Source: Lama glama (taxonomy: Eukaryota). From it: a DNA stretch of 64,000 nucleotides. Location of the stretch: positions 57,476,001 to 57,540,000 of the forward strand of contig CM052817.1 in the NCBI GenBank assembly GCA_028534125.1, written 5' to 3'. Positions 1 to 13,998 of the stretch are shown here, piece after piece; position 1 is the stretch's first letter; each line of letters opens with the position of its first letter. The notes under the pieces were generated by a model, which saw nothing but the letters and a program-made list of their open reading frames with translations, was not told the DNA's origin and did no database searches. Made by a program: the position numbers and the translations under genes.

Positions 1-502
1 TTTGATACTGTTGATTATTCCAACCCAAAAGCACAAGAAATCTTTCCATTTCTTTGTGTCATTTCAGTTTTCAGAGTACAAGTTAACCTCCTTGGCTAAG
101 TTTATTTCTAAGTATTTTGATGTTTTTGATGTAATAGAGATGTTTATGCTGGTTACAAAATTCTGGTTTTTGAAGTTAGAAAAAAAAAGGAAATGAAGGG
201 CTGTAAAAAGGCAAAATATCCTTTCTTATGGATGAATTGTATTCCATTATATATATATATGCTGCACCTTCATTATCTACTCAACTACTGATGTGCACTT
301 AGGATGCTTCCATATCTTGGCAATTATAAATAATGTTGCTGTTAACAGCAGGGTGTATGTATCTTTTTGAATTAACTCTTACTTTGTGGTTGACTTTATT
401 CCTTTGATAACTATGTCAGTTTAAAAAGCTAAAGCCATAAACGTTCTTAGAAACAATGAACAGTACATATACATAAATTTAAAAATACATGTGCAGTTAA
501 AA

Positions 503-1010
503 AAAAAAAGAAATGGGCTATCAAGACATTGAAAGACATGTAAGAAACTTAAAAGACATATTACTAAATGAAAGAAGCCAGTCTAAAAAGGCTACAAACT
601 ATGATTCCAATCAAATGACACTCTGGAAAAGGCACAACTACAGAAACAATAAAGAGAATCATGGTTTCCAGGGGTTTGGGGAGAGGGAGGGAGGGAGGAA
701 TGAACAGATGGAGCACAAGGGATTTTTAGGGCAATGAAATTATTCTGTATGATACTATAGTGGTGGCTACATATCATTATGCATTTGTCAAAGAGTAGAA
801 TGTACAGCATCAAGAGTGAATCCTAATATAAACTATGGACTTTTGTTGATAATAATGTGTCCACGTTGATTGTACCAAATATGCCACACTGATAAAGGAT
901 GTTGAGGGTAGGGGAGTATATCTGTTCAGGTGGGGAGGGCTCTGTGCAAACTCTGTATTTTCTGCTCAATTCTGCTATGAACCTGAAGCTGCTCTAAAAA
1001 AATAAAGTCT
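503..1010 (+). mobile_element. Old L1 (L1M-type) 3' fragment
   Basis: Typical L1M 3' phrases (aaatgaaagaagccagtct, atgattcca, catggtttccagggg) ending in aataaa and an A-rich tail. Confidence 0.65.
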
Positions 1011-2337
1011 ATTAGTATAAATAAATAAGTAAGTAAGTAAGTATAAAATAAAATAAGATAAAATAAAATAAAAAACAAAATATTTTATGTACTTCTTTGA
1101 CAATCTTTCCACAATTCTTCATGACATCCAAAAATCCAAAGCATATGACAATCTGCTTCCACCTTATCTTCCACTAACACTCATTAAGAACAGATCAAAC
1201 CAAAAAACAATACATTGGCTACTGTGGTTCCCATTCCATCCCCAAGCCAAACACACCAAGTATTTTTTGCTGAAATGATTATTTTTTCTCTAGTAAAACA
1301 AACGCCCTTCACAGTCAGCTTAAGTCCCTCCCATCTCTTCCACTAAGCTCTAAAATCCCAGCTTGAGAAATCTTTCCCTCCAATAGTACTTATTCTAGTA
1401 CTCTGAATATGACTGTTACATCATCTCCCTTGTTTTGCAAAGATCGTGAAGTGAAGATGCCATAAGTATAAAAAAGGAATTTCATGCCCATTTTTCCAAA
1501 ACAGTGCCAAAAGATCCAATTATTTTTGTCCTTAACAGCAAAGGTCTGTGCAGCACCTCCAACCAGAATAAGAATAATACAACAGCTCTTATAAGCTCAG
1601 CTACACAAAAGAGGGACTGAACTGGCTAGAAGTAACAACCTCTCCCTCTGTCTAACTCTACTTGTGGGGCTCTCCCTGCCCTACTTTGTCAGTTTTTCCT
1701 GTCTCTCAAGGCCCATCATACTGAGGCATACTGTCTCTCTACCTCTCAAAAACTAGGGTCAGCCTTTATTTTGGACTACATACTTTTTTACAATCACTCA
1801 TATAAAACTAGATTCTAAAATTATACACTTACCATAATTTTAACAACACTAAAAACATGCATATGTGAAAACAAAGACTACAATGAACTTACAAAAATTA
1901 AAATAGCTGATATGTTTGGTTTATTCTCCCTTATTATCTCTTATATTGATATAATAATGTAGTTCATGCAACAAATAATAAAGTGAAAAAATCCTTCACA
2001 TACTTTTACTTTTATGATTTCTTACACTGAAAGAAAAAAGTGGAGTTTTCTGAAGCAATATGACTATTTCTGGCTTGCTTCTCTTAGTAGTTCACGGTAT
2101 CTCTGAGTTTCCTCTCCCTGGCTATTAACTACCTACTATCTGAATTAGGATTAGAGTTTTGCATTACTTGCAAAAAATACATCTCTCCCTTAATAAGAAT
2201 AAATCAGGAGCTGCTTGAAGATACTATCAGCACACTACAAAAAACATGTACTTTTTTTTTTTATAACCTTTAGGCCAGGTGAGAGAAGGACTGAAATTTC
2301 AAATCAATACTCTTCTTCTATTTATGTTACTTTATCA

Positions 2338-2538
<201 letters not shown>

Positions 2539-2892
2539 TCAGTGATGTTCTCTAGCATATTTCCCCATTTTCATTATCATAAAAGTCAACAAATACTAAT
2601 TATTAAATACCAAATACTCTATACTCTTCAGTACATAAAAATATCTAAGGTATCCAAAAAAGGGGTGAAACAAGTAACACTTCCTTTGTAGAACTTACTG
2701 TTAAGTTTGAGGAAATGAGACTTATACTTACAGGTAAAATGATTTAAAGCACGACATAAGAATTATAAGGAAGCCCTAATTTACAAATGTCCTTTACCGA
2801 TAAATTGCATATAACCTCTTTGAAACACTTCTTGAAAAAGGTGTCAGCAGAGAAACAAAAGAAAATGCATTGTCAAAGATAAAAATAAGTGA

Positions 2893-3270
2893 AACAACAT
2901 GGATGGGCCATGAGCATATTACGCTAATAGAAATAAGTCAGATAGAGAAAACAAATACCATATAATTTCACTTATACATGGAATCTAAAAACAAAAACAA
3001 GTAAAACAAAACCAACAAACCAACAAAAGAAAACAAAAACTCATAGACAGAGAACACATTAGTGGTTATCAGAGAGGAGGGGGCTGGTGGGTGAGTGAAA
3101 TGGGTGAAGGGGGTCAACTGTATGTTGATGGATGATGATAATGTTGATTATCAGCATTAGTGATAATCACTATCACTAGACTGTGGTGGGGATCTCGGTA
3201 GTGTATACAGATGTTGAACTGTAATGCTGTACACCTGAAACTTATATAATTTTTAAAAAGGAAGAAAAAA
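2893..3270 (+). mobile_element. L1 3' end fragment
   Basis: aacaacatggatgg...gaaataagtcagatagagaaa...cacttatacatggaatctaaaa...tgtacacctgaaacttatataat followed by an A-rich tail. Confidence 0.75.
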
Positions 3271-5736
3271 GATAAAAATAACTTTAATTTGAATGAGAGG
3301 ATGTTATCAAATGACTAAAATATAGCATATATAAGAATTTCAATTTTAGGTAAAGATTATTCTGTTTTGAATATGTTAATGGTAACATGAGATTAAGTCA
3401 TTCAAATGAAAATACTCAGCAAATAACTGATCATTAAAAGTGGACATGGATTAGAGATCAGAGCTGGTAGCGTAGACAGAGAAATCAAATGGTGAAGCCC
3501 TAAAGAAGGACAGAGACCAGAAAAGAGTAGACATGCTGTTTGCAAGAGGAAATCTCTCCTCTCCCCACCACCCAGGAACAGCTGTATGGCTGGACTTAGC
3601 TTCTAGCCCCTTACCCCTAGTAAATAATGACTCCCTCATCCCCACATCAATTTTCTGAGATAACATGCACAGCCCGGCTAATCATTAGCCTCCCAATTTG
3701 GCATTATCAAATCACCTCACAGGTCACTGGCCAGCCTACAGACTGATTGACTTTGGGTCAAGGCCCCCACCCTGATTTAATCAACCATGGTTGCCAATAT
3801 TGGAGGTTAGGTCTTATGGTGGAGAACACAGTACACGATGATCCCTGGAAAAGGTACAGCCTAGAGAATGGTGGGGGCAATTTCCTTCAGCAGAGACTGT
3901 GAACTAACAGGAAAGAAATTTCTCACAGCCACTTAGGTCAGCCAGTGATATGTAAGAAGCACACGGAAGGCACTGCCTGTAAGATAAACAGCAATGATTT
4001 CTATGGACAATTTACAATGAAAAATCATTACAAAACCATGGACAAATTTCCTTCTCCCAGGAAACTGAACCACAGCTACTTTCCCCCAAATCATTAGAAA
4101 AATGGCACTTCATTAGAATGCTATCCTTTAAACGCCTCAACTATATGAATATTTCCTATTTATGGGATCATGACTTGTACAAAAAGTCATCTTACTGAAG
4201 TCACTGGTGATATTAAGTGATATCACATTCACATTGTTTGGGAAAGCATTTGATGTTAAATAGTGAAAAAACAAAATGTCATCTCACAACAGCCAAAGCA
4301 CCTACAATCAATTCAAATGTAAAAATCAAATAGTATTTTATTCTGTAACAAATATTAAATGCAATGACTGTTCAAAAAGAATATCTTATCTTTGAGCAAT
4401 TTGCCACATGCTGAAAACTATTCTTTTTTGGCTAACATCAAAATATTCTTTCTCCCTGGAGATCATAGAATATAGGCATACCCCAAACATCTACCTGGTT
4501 ATTGTTTCCTAATAAAATATCTCTTGGTGTTTAATACTCAAACATCTGGAAGATACTAATGTCTCAATGCAAAGTGTTTATAGCCCATCTTTAACAGAAA
4601 AATAACTAAGTACTTACATCCGAAAAACTCAATATATTTTTAACAAAACAATGTTTGGCAAAGGTTCAGTTTTACTCCAAAATACAAATGGTAGAAAGTC
4701 AGAGGCGTGTGGTTCTTTGAAAAGGAAGAGAGTGTCAACTAAGAGGATGTGCATCTTGGAGATGGTGGTTCTTAGAGAGGCATCAACACGTTGCTATATA
4801 CAAAGTAACTGCCAGTTTGGTAAGAGAGGAGAGTTGTAGCATTTTATATTCTAACATAACAAGATGTTACTTTATTATTTACCTATAGGTAAGGCTTCTT
4901 ACTGAACTTTATTAGTTTAATTACACTCAGAATTGGACGGGAATGTGGGCTGAAATACAACCTATTGTAACTTTATCCATTTAAAACAATGAGAACACCA
5001 AGGAATCAAATTAACAGCACCAGCAGTGCAACAAACAGGCATCATGTGCTTCCTGATATAATGCAGTGAGAGCAGAACATCACCACTACCAGAGGCAATC
5101 ATCTGAATCTAATTATGAGGAAACATCAGACAAACCCAAATTGAGGAGCACTCTAAAAAGTAACTGGACTGTAACCCTCAAAAAAGGGGGAAAAAAAAAA
5201 AAGAGGAAGACTGAGGAACTGTTCTAGATTACAGGAAACAAAAGAAAAAGTCATGAAAACTAAATGCAATGTGATTTTATGTTGGATCCAGGATCAGAAA
5301 AGTTTTATTTTGTTATAAACATTAGTGGGAAATCAGCCAAATCCAGGTAACGTTCTAGATTAAACAAGAGTACTGCATTAATCAATATCCTCATTTTGGT
5401 GACTTATGATTATATAAGAGTACTCTTAAGCTAAGCAACTGTCTCTCAAATGTTTTAGAAGCAAATATGTAGATAAAGAAAAAAGCAAAGAAAATAGAGC
5501 TTAAGGTTAACATTTAGGGAATCTGGGTGAAGTGTACATGAATTCTTTGTGTAACTTTTCTATAAATTCAAAATATTTTAAGTTAAAGTTAAATATTTAA
5601 ATAAGTAAAATGACAAACCAGCTCTCCAACAGCATATTCACATAGAACATCTGATTTCCAAGAACAGAGTAAGTAGGAAATCCCTGTTTAGCTTACAGCA
5701 GCTTTTAAAGCTTATTCAGTTTGGTCTAAAAAGTTA

Positions 5737-5829
<93 letters not shown>

Positions 5830-6150
5830 TCATCTGCAATAAATACTACTTCACATCTTGCTCCTATGATATGAAGTAGCAGAAATACATTTCTCTATTA
5901 AATAAAAAACAATCCCTTTACCTCCACTTTTGTTAAATTTCAGTTGTTACACTACTTAAATTGTAATAAAATAGTATACGTAGGTATATATCTGCATATA
6001 TGAAGATCTATGTCACATAGGTATTCTCCCAATACATAAAAGAGGCCTCATGAAAAAGGTTTAGTGCAAGTCATTTGAATTTGTAACTGTTCCATCTTCT
6101 CCAGAAAGTCCACGTAAGTCTCATTAATAGTTAACTGTAATGATAACTAG

Positions 6151-7015
<865 letters not shown>

Positions 7016-7109
7016 TTACAGTAATAGGGAGGAGTCAGCAAAGGATTCCAATAGCTGAGCAATACCTTAAGGAGGGGTGTCTATTCCAGCAACATTTCAC
7101 ACATGCACA

Positions 7110-7720
7110 AGGATGACAGGCTGTCTTTTCCAAAGATGGCCACAACCACAGCTTCCATTTCACATGCTCTTTTATAAAGTGATCTTGACACTCCTACCAT
7201 CAATATATAGGGTCTGTTTCCTCCCCTTGAATCTGGGTGGGTTTTTGACTCTCCTGTAACTAATACCTAACAGAATACAGCTGAAGCAATGCTACATGAT
7301 TTTAGAAGCTAGGTAAGGAAAAGCAATGCAATTCCACATTGTTTGCTGAAACTCTTACTTCTGGAGCCCTGAGCTGCCATCAAAAAGTCCTACTACTCTA
7401 AGGATGGTATACTTTGGGTGAAGAAGCCCAAATCATAGGGAGAAACCACTTATAGATGCTCCAGTCAGCAATCCTGGTCCTTGAGTCCTTCTAGTATAAT
7501 GCCAGAAATCTGAGTAAACATTCCAGATCACCCAGTCCCAGCTGTCAATACCCAGGCTTTGAGTCTTCCCAGTTCAACCACTGACATCAGGCAGCAAACA
7601 AACTATTCCTACTATGCTCTGTCCAAATTCCTGACCCATTTAATACAATGAGCATATTAAACAATTTTTAAGCAGCCAAATTTTGGGGCAGTTATGCAGC
7701 AATAGTAATTTATCCAACAG
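7110..7720. mobile_element. MaLR (MLT1-like) solo LTR
   Basis: MLT1-like phrases (ccaaagatggccaca, ccccttgaatctgggtgg, aaattcctgaccc, ttatgcagcaatag). Subfamily not determined. Confidence 0.6.
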
Positions 7721-7847
7721 GGTACTTGAAAAATTGGTGTGTACTAGTCTAATATTAGTCTCATCTTCTTATGTAAAAGATTAAGTGTGCTACATTTTTT
7801 TTCTTTTCTGACCTATATATATAGTATGTAAAACTTAAGACCTTTAA

Positions 7848-8025
7848 ATAGATAAACAAGTTTATACTGTATGGCACAGGGAACTATATTCAATACCTTG
7901 TAGTAGCTTACAGTGAAAAAGAAAATGAAAATGAATATATGTATATTCACATATGATTGGGGCATTGTGCTGTACATGGAAATTGACAGAACACTGTAAA
8001 CTGACTATACCTCAATTAAAAACAA
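7848..8025 (+). mobile_element. 5'-truncated L1 3' UTR
   Basis: ataaacaagtttatactgtatggcacagggaactatattcaat...actatacctcaattaaaa. Clearly similar to 43380-43560 in this window. Confidence 0.8.
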
Positions 8026-9456
8026 AATCTTCGGTTCAAAATTTGATACATATCAAAAATAAATTATATAATAAAGTCTTCTTGAATGGTCTGGAATTAC
8101 TGATTCCTACACATGGGGGAGAGGAGGTAAGAAAGACAAAAGTATCTAAAATGGCTTACAGATTTCTACCTTTCATGGCAGACTAGATGTTATTACCACA
8201 GCCACGCAGAAGAAGCTAGTAAGGTTGGGAAAGGAGAGGTATGAAGTCAGCTTTAGTTACAGCTGTAGGTCATTTATCCCTTTAAATACTTTCAGTAGGT
8301 AACTGGAGATAAATACTAAGCACAAATAAGGAGTCTAAATTATAAGGCGTTCAGAACCATTAAGAGGTGGTTGGTAGAATACAGCAGAGTTTACAAAGAG
8401 AAAGAAGACTGAAGGCAGGATATTTGGAAATACCACTGTTAGAGTCATGTGAAGGAAGATGAATCCATAAAGGAGACTAATTTATTCATTCATCCACTTA
8501 TCAAATATTCATTGTGTCTGTTTACTATGTCCCAGGCATTGGAGACACCACCTTAAACAAGATAAAAGATGGCTGTATGTTCAAGAAGACTATCACCTAC
8601 TGGGGAGATACAGACAACATAAACTCAATTAAACTGAAGTGATATGGACAGTCCTAACCAGGACCTTCCCAACCAGGAGGTTGGGAAGACTTCCCAAAAG
8701 CTGAGTTGAACAGACACCTCATGCATGAATTAATAGGAGTATACCAGGCAAAAGGAGCGGGTGATGGTGCAAAGGGTAGAGAAAGAACTACAAACAGAAA
8801 ACACTTGTGCAAATCGTTCCACAACAAAAGATATTTAAGGAATAAAAGGCCAGTGTAGCCAAAGCACAGAGTGTGATGTTGGACTGGTAAAAGTGTTTGG
8901 TCTTTACCCAAAGAGCTGTGAGAAACCATTCCAAGATTTTGTAAGAGTGTGTCTAGAAATTTTCATTTCTGAAAGATCATTACTGTTAGACACTGGATTG
9001 GAGAGGCAAGGAAACTGAAAGCATACAAACCAGTTAAGAGTCTGGGAAAGTAATCTAGGCAAGAGATGGTGGTGGCCTGAACTAGATTTGTGGCAGAGGG
9101 GAAGGAAGAGTGAACAGATTCGACATTTTGTAGGAAAAAGATGAGGATGCTCTCTATGTACTAGTACGAAAATCTTTTAGACATATACCAAAAAAAAAAA
9201 AAAAGGTGCAGAAAAGTGTGGGTGCTACTTTTTATCTGTAAAAGGGGTGGGGGGGAGGATCCCTTTTATATTTGTTTGAATATGCATAAATCATCTAGAG
9301 AGACCACAATCTAAGCACACTGGTTATCTCCTGAGCAGAAGGTTTTCATGGGACAGACAGTGGACAAGAGTAAGACCTTACACTTTTTAAACATTTTTAT
9401 ATTTCCTAGCTTATGAATAATGAGAATATATTACCTACTCAAAAAATTAAGCTAAA

Positions 9457-9681
9457 CGGGAGAGGGAAATAGCTCAGTGGCAGAGCACATGCTTAGCATG
9501 CACAAGGCCCTGTGTTCAATCCCCAGTACCTCCATTCAAAAATAAAATGGAGAAGGTATAGCTCAGTGGTAGAGCATGTGCTTAACATCCATGAGGTCCT
9601 GGGTTCAATCCCCAGTACCTCCATGTAAGCAAACAAACAAATCTAATTAACCCCTCCATAAAAATAAGTAATAAAAACTTA
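9457..9681 (+). mobile_element. Two tandem tRNA-Ala-derived SINE monomers (camelid Vic-like) inside one 17-nt TSD
   Basis: Each unit has an A box (tagctcagtgg), a B box (gttcaatcc) and an A-rich tail. caaaaaattaagctaaa is repeated at 9440-9456 and 9682-9698. Confidence 0.88.
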
Positions 9682-9901
9682 CAAAAAATTAAGCTAAAAA
9701 AACTTTCTAAAAAATTTTTTCTGAGACAGGACTTAAGAAAAAAAAGAATACAATGATGCTAACAAATTTCTAGACCAAAGATAAAAATGAGACAAGAGAT
9801 GTTTAAACAGTGTAGTTTAACAGTTTAGTTTCTGCTTCTGTTAGGTAGTTTAGATAGAAATGAGCATTGGGCAAGGGGAGAGGAAGGGGAAAGGAACAAC
9901 T

Positions 9902-9995
9902 CAGAACACAAGGAATCTGAGCTGTCAATTAACCAGAACACAAGGAACCTGAGCTGTCAATCAACCAGAGCACAGAGAACCTGAGTTTCAATCAA
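9902..9995. repeat. Minisatellite, 3 x 32 nt
   Basis: Unit cagaacacaaggaacctgagctgtcaatcaac starts at 9902, 9934 and 9966 (third copy diverged). Confidence 0.9.
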
Positions 9996-10895
9996 TTAAT
10001 CAATCAATCACGAAACCAGGATATAAGGACAGGAAAAACAAAGGAAAGGCATCATTTTTCCTCATTGGGTTTGGGCCGCCCCCAATTCTTAAGAGTGTAC
10101 TATTCACTTTTTTTTTTTTTACTTTTACTTTCTCCATTAAGTAGCTGAGGGAATAAATAGAAATGTGAGGGGTGGACACGAGATCAGGAGCTAGAAGAAA
10201 ATGAAGTTTGAAATAGTAGCTGTGGAAAGTGGAAGGGAAAGCAATAAAAATACATAATGAAAATACACTACACATGACTAAAAATTCTGCAAGTTAAAGG
10301 GAAAAAAACGGTATATTGGCCCTGTTCAGTAAAATACATACCACCTAGAATTCTGTCATCTTGTGAAAGGAAGAAATGTATCTTTTAAGATAATTTATTT
10401 GGCACAGGACAGCGTGAAGAAATGCCAAACTAGACCCATCCCTTCCCCTACATCCAACACATAAGCACTATACTTCTTATCCCCGGCGTATTTCCAGAGC
10501 CTAACACAATGCCTGGCACAGGGTTACGCTCAAAAATTCAACTATTCAATAAATCCACTAGGTCTGGCCTCACGGGAAATCGAGGAGCCCTTTGCTTCAG
10601 ACAAAAATCAAAACAACGGTTCTTTGCCGTACGGTTCTGCACGCTATTTCAATACAGGAAGGGAGTGTCAGGTTTATTCAGGAGCAGGTAGGAGACAAAA
10701 ACTCTCCCTGACTGAGATTACTACGTTTCCTGCACCCTCCACCTCTTGCAGTAACGGATTCGCTCCGGGCCTAGGGAATGTAAGGGAAACGTCTGTAAAC
10801 GCTGCGCGGCGGGCCGGAAAAGAGGCCCCAAATCCTGTTCGTCCAGCTCCCCACGTTTCCCTCCTTACGTGGGTCGCCGCGGAGTGTTCACCTAC

Positions 10896-10914
10896 CCTCG
10901 TCCGCGTCATACAT
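10896..10914 (-). CDS. POLR2B: RNA polymerase II subunit RPB2, coding part of exon 1 (MYDADE)
   Basis: gccaat ATG TAT GAC GCG GAC GAG G|gtaggt inside a CpG-rich region. Exons 1-3 total 243 nt (81 codons) of contiguous RPB2 sequence. Confidence 0.95.
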
Positions 10915-11770
10915 ATTGGCAAACGGTTCCCGAGCTCCAAACTCTAGAAATCACAGAGAACAGCGCGCAGCAACCGCCGACATCCACAGCGTGAGGCGAA
11001 GTGATTTCCGCCTCTGGTGTTCCCAGAATACTCTGCGTCCCAAGCAAAACTCCGCCCACAAAGACGTCATTGTAAAGTCTGCGCCTGTGCGAAGTTTAAG
11101 CAAAGGTTCCCGAAGTGTTAGTATGCACATGCACAATTTGCAGTTCCCCGCTTCTGTAGCTTACGGCGAGGACCACTCCTACTACTGTCTCAGTGTTGGA
11201 TCCAGCCAATGACAGTTTTTGTTTTCAATGTTGTTGCACATATAATGGCACCTGGAAAAAAAATAGAAAGAATCTATACTAATAGGTTTTAGATTGAGCT
11301 GTGAGTGTGCAACATTCGATGCTTTTTTTTAGTTCAAAGACTTAAAAACACGAAACTTTAAAAACCGATTTCTGTATACATCAACTATACCTCAATTTTT
11401 TTAAAGGTTCAAAAGTGTGATTTCTGAACGGCAGGTAGTGCCGACGGTAGCGCGTTGAAGAAGTCTGAAAGTGAACAAACCCTCACTCAGTTAACTAACC
11501 TTTTCGGCCAACCTAGCCCTTTTCTGCCAACCTAGCTCAGCCTGAGTCCCTGGTACTTTTACCTCCGCGTTAAGTGTGTTTCCAGGCCACAGAACTCTCA
11601 TCGCGAGAACTCACGACATTAGATTTAGGAGGAGGAGCGGAAGTGCGCCAACTGACAAATGACTGCTCTCAGGTAGTCCCGGGCTTTCCTCCAGTGATTA
11701 ACGCGACTCTGGGGCCTCAGTGCGCATGCGAGCAGGTGGCCCCGCCCCTTTGCCCGCGTTCGCGTCTCTC
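10915..11770. promoter_or_regulatory. POLR2B/NOA1 bidirectional (head-to-head) CpG-rich promoter
   Basis: Divergent start codons are 856 nt apart. Motifs seen: GC box tccgccc (11051), CRE-like gacgtca (11063), tcgcgaga (11601), ETS gcggaagtg (11637) and NRF1-like tgcgcatgcg (11721). Confidence 0.85.
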
Positions 11771-12914
11771 ATGCTGCCCGCCTGTTTCACGTCTAGGCTG
11801 CTATGCAGGGTCCTGCGGGGATCCGCTCTCATGGTAGTACGCCATGGCCTCCGGGAGGCGCTTCTGGAGAGGAGATGCGCCGCCGGCTGCTCCCAGCGCC
11901 CATCGGGCCTGGGTCGTGGGCCTCCCTGTGGCCCAACAGCGACTGGGGGTTACAAGGGAAGTGCTGACATGGAGGAGCATTTTCTGTTCCCCGAGTACGT
12001 CCCGGAGCCGGAGCCCGCACTGAGCCTCCAACACCAGCTGCAGGAGCTGCAGCAGCGGCAGGAGGAAGAGGAGCAACAGAGGCAACAGCGGCGGGAGGAG
12101 CGGCGGCTACGGAAGCTAAGGGCGAGCGGGCGAGTGCACCCGGTGGTGGGGCACCCGGACCCGACGGTGCCGCCTAGCGGCCTGAACTGTTCGGGCTGCG
12201 GGGCGGAACTGCACTGCCAGGACCCCGGCTTGCCCGGCTACCTGCCCAGCGAGAAATTCAGCGCTGCGGCGCAGACCGAAGACGGGCTGGCGCGGACGGT
12301 GTGCCAGCGCTGCTGGCTGCTGGTTCATCACCGGCGCGCCCTGCGTCTGCAGGTGAGCCACGAGCAGTACTTGGAGCTGGTGAGCGCCGCACTGCGGCGG
12401 CCCGAGCCCTCCCTGGTGCTCTACATGGTGGACCTCCTCGATCTGCCGGACAACTTGCTGCCTCACCTGCCCGCGATGGTGGGCCCCAAGCAGCTGATCG
12501 TGCTAGGAAACAAGGTGGACCTTCTGCCCCAGGATACTCCTGGTTACCGGCAGCGGCTCCGGGAGCGACTGTGGGACGATTGTGCCCGCGCCGGGCTCCT
12601 GCCGCCCCCTGGCTACCGAAGGCCACAACATCCCAGCAGGGACCGGCCTCGGGACGGGGAGGAGAATGCGACTCCTTCGACCAAGTCCCGCACGGTGCTC
12701 AGGGACGTGCGGCTCATCAGCGCCAAGACTGGCTATGGAGTCGAAGAATTGATCTCCGTGCTCCAGCGCTCCTGGCGCTACCGTGGCGACGTCTACTTGG
12801 TTGGCGCCACCAACACTGGCAAGTCCACTCTCTTCAACACGCTCCTGGAGTCAGATTACTGCATCGCCAAGGGTGCTGAGGCTATCGACAGGGCCACCAT
12901 CTCCCCTTGGCCTG
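11771..12914 (+). CDS. NOA1: Nitric oxide-associated protein 1 (mitochondrial circularly permuted GTPase), exon 1
   Basis: Starts [11 protein letters not shown], an Arg-rich presequence-like N-terminus. Contains an E/Q/R coiled stretch, CSGC...CQRC zinc motif, G4 NKVD, G5 SAK and G1 GATNTGKS. Donor CCTG|gtgagc. Confidence 0.96.
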
Positions 12915-13833
12915 GTGAGCATTAGGCGGCCCGTCCCCTTGGTCTTCTGAGAAGTCTGGTCGCGATTCAGGCACCTAGTACTATATCCTTCCTTTGTGTA
13001 CACCAGAGGCTGATTGGAGCCTTCCCTTGAAAAATTCTCTGCCTACTTTAGTCACACCTTTGCTCTGTGTCAGTTTAGTGCTAGGAAATACAGTATATGT
13101 TGTGACTTTCCAAAAGAAATAATTAAGAGTACTTCTGTGTTCCAGTCACTGTTCTGGCACCTATAGGGGACACAGGGAAGTTCCTGCTGTCTTGGAGGTT
13201 TCCCTTGTAGCTTTAGTTCTTTGTATGTTTCTCCAAAAAGTCCTTTTACTTTCTAAACCTCTCTCCACCCCCTCAGTCTTACTCTTCATGTCTTCAGTTT
13301 ATTCACGACATCTGTATACCATACACATTTAACATTTGAATAATTCACTAATGCAGCATGGTACATGACTTTGTAGAGAGGAAATGTCAACTTTGTGGCT
13401 TTAAGGAATGTCTGTGGTAACTGCAAAATGAGTCCTTCTGTGACCCTGTTTGTATCTAACAGTTGGCAAAAGGAACTACTTCGTTTGTTCCTTTGAAACC
13501 AGTGTTTAACTTTGCTTGATAAGCTGTACTTCTCTGTCCTGGACTTTGGTTGACTTATACATAGAAGTGCTTTTATAATGGTTAGTAGTATGGAGAAGAT
13601 GGGAAGAGAACAGGCCTATAGATTTTGTATTCAAATCCTGGTTGAGCCTGTGAGCCAATCTCTTGAGTTTACTTCCTCATCTGTAAAGTAAGGATAATCT
13701 TGTAGAGAATTGTCCTGAAAGTTAAGAGAAATAATCACAGTACCCAAGACAGCGTAGCTCCTCATAAATGTTAGTTTTACTCCATTTTCTTGTACAATGT
13801 TTATAATAACGTATTTATTCTTTGGTATTTTAG

Positions 13834-13998
13834 GTACTACCTTAAATCTCCTGAAGTTTCCTATCTGTAACCCAACCCCTTACAGAATGTTTCAAAGGCA
13901 AAAAAGGCTTGAAAGAAATGCATCTGAAGTGGAAAAAGATCTTAGCCAGCAAGAACAAAACCAACTTAATGTCTTGAAAAAGCATGGTTATGTAGTAG
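13834..13998 (+). CDS. NOA1: NOA1 exon 2
   Basis: ttttag|(G)[26 protein letters not shown]...KHGYVV|gtaagc. 165 nt. Completes the G2 motif PGTT. Confidence 0.96.

Noticed and set aside
9458..9625. Two apparent tRNA-Ala genes (and a third at 41718)
   Set aside because: They have mismatched stems, A-rich tails, TSDs and no adjacent oligo-T terminator, so they are SINE copies.
9902..9995. CRISPR-like ~32-nt repeats
   Set aside because: Units are contiguous with no unique spacers, there are no cas genes, and the context is a mammalian intron.
10509..11212. Several 60-107 aa ORFs over the POLR2B promoter
   Set aside because: No recognisable domains. They are expected from stop-poor GC-rich DNA, and the real coding part is the 19-nt exon 1 segment.
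11801..12879. Alternative-frame and antisense ORFs over NOA1 exon 1 (up to 192 aa)
   Set aside because: Low-complexity shadows of a GC-rich coding exon.
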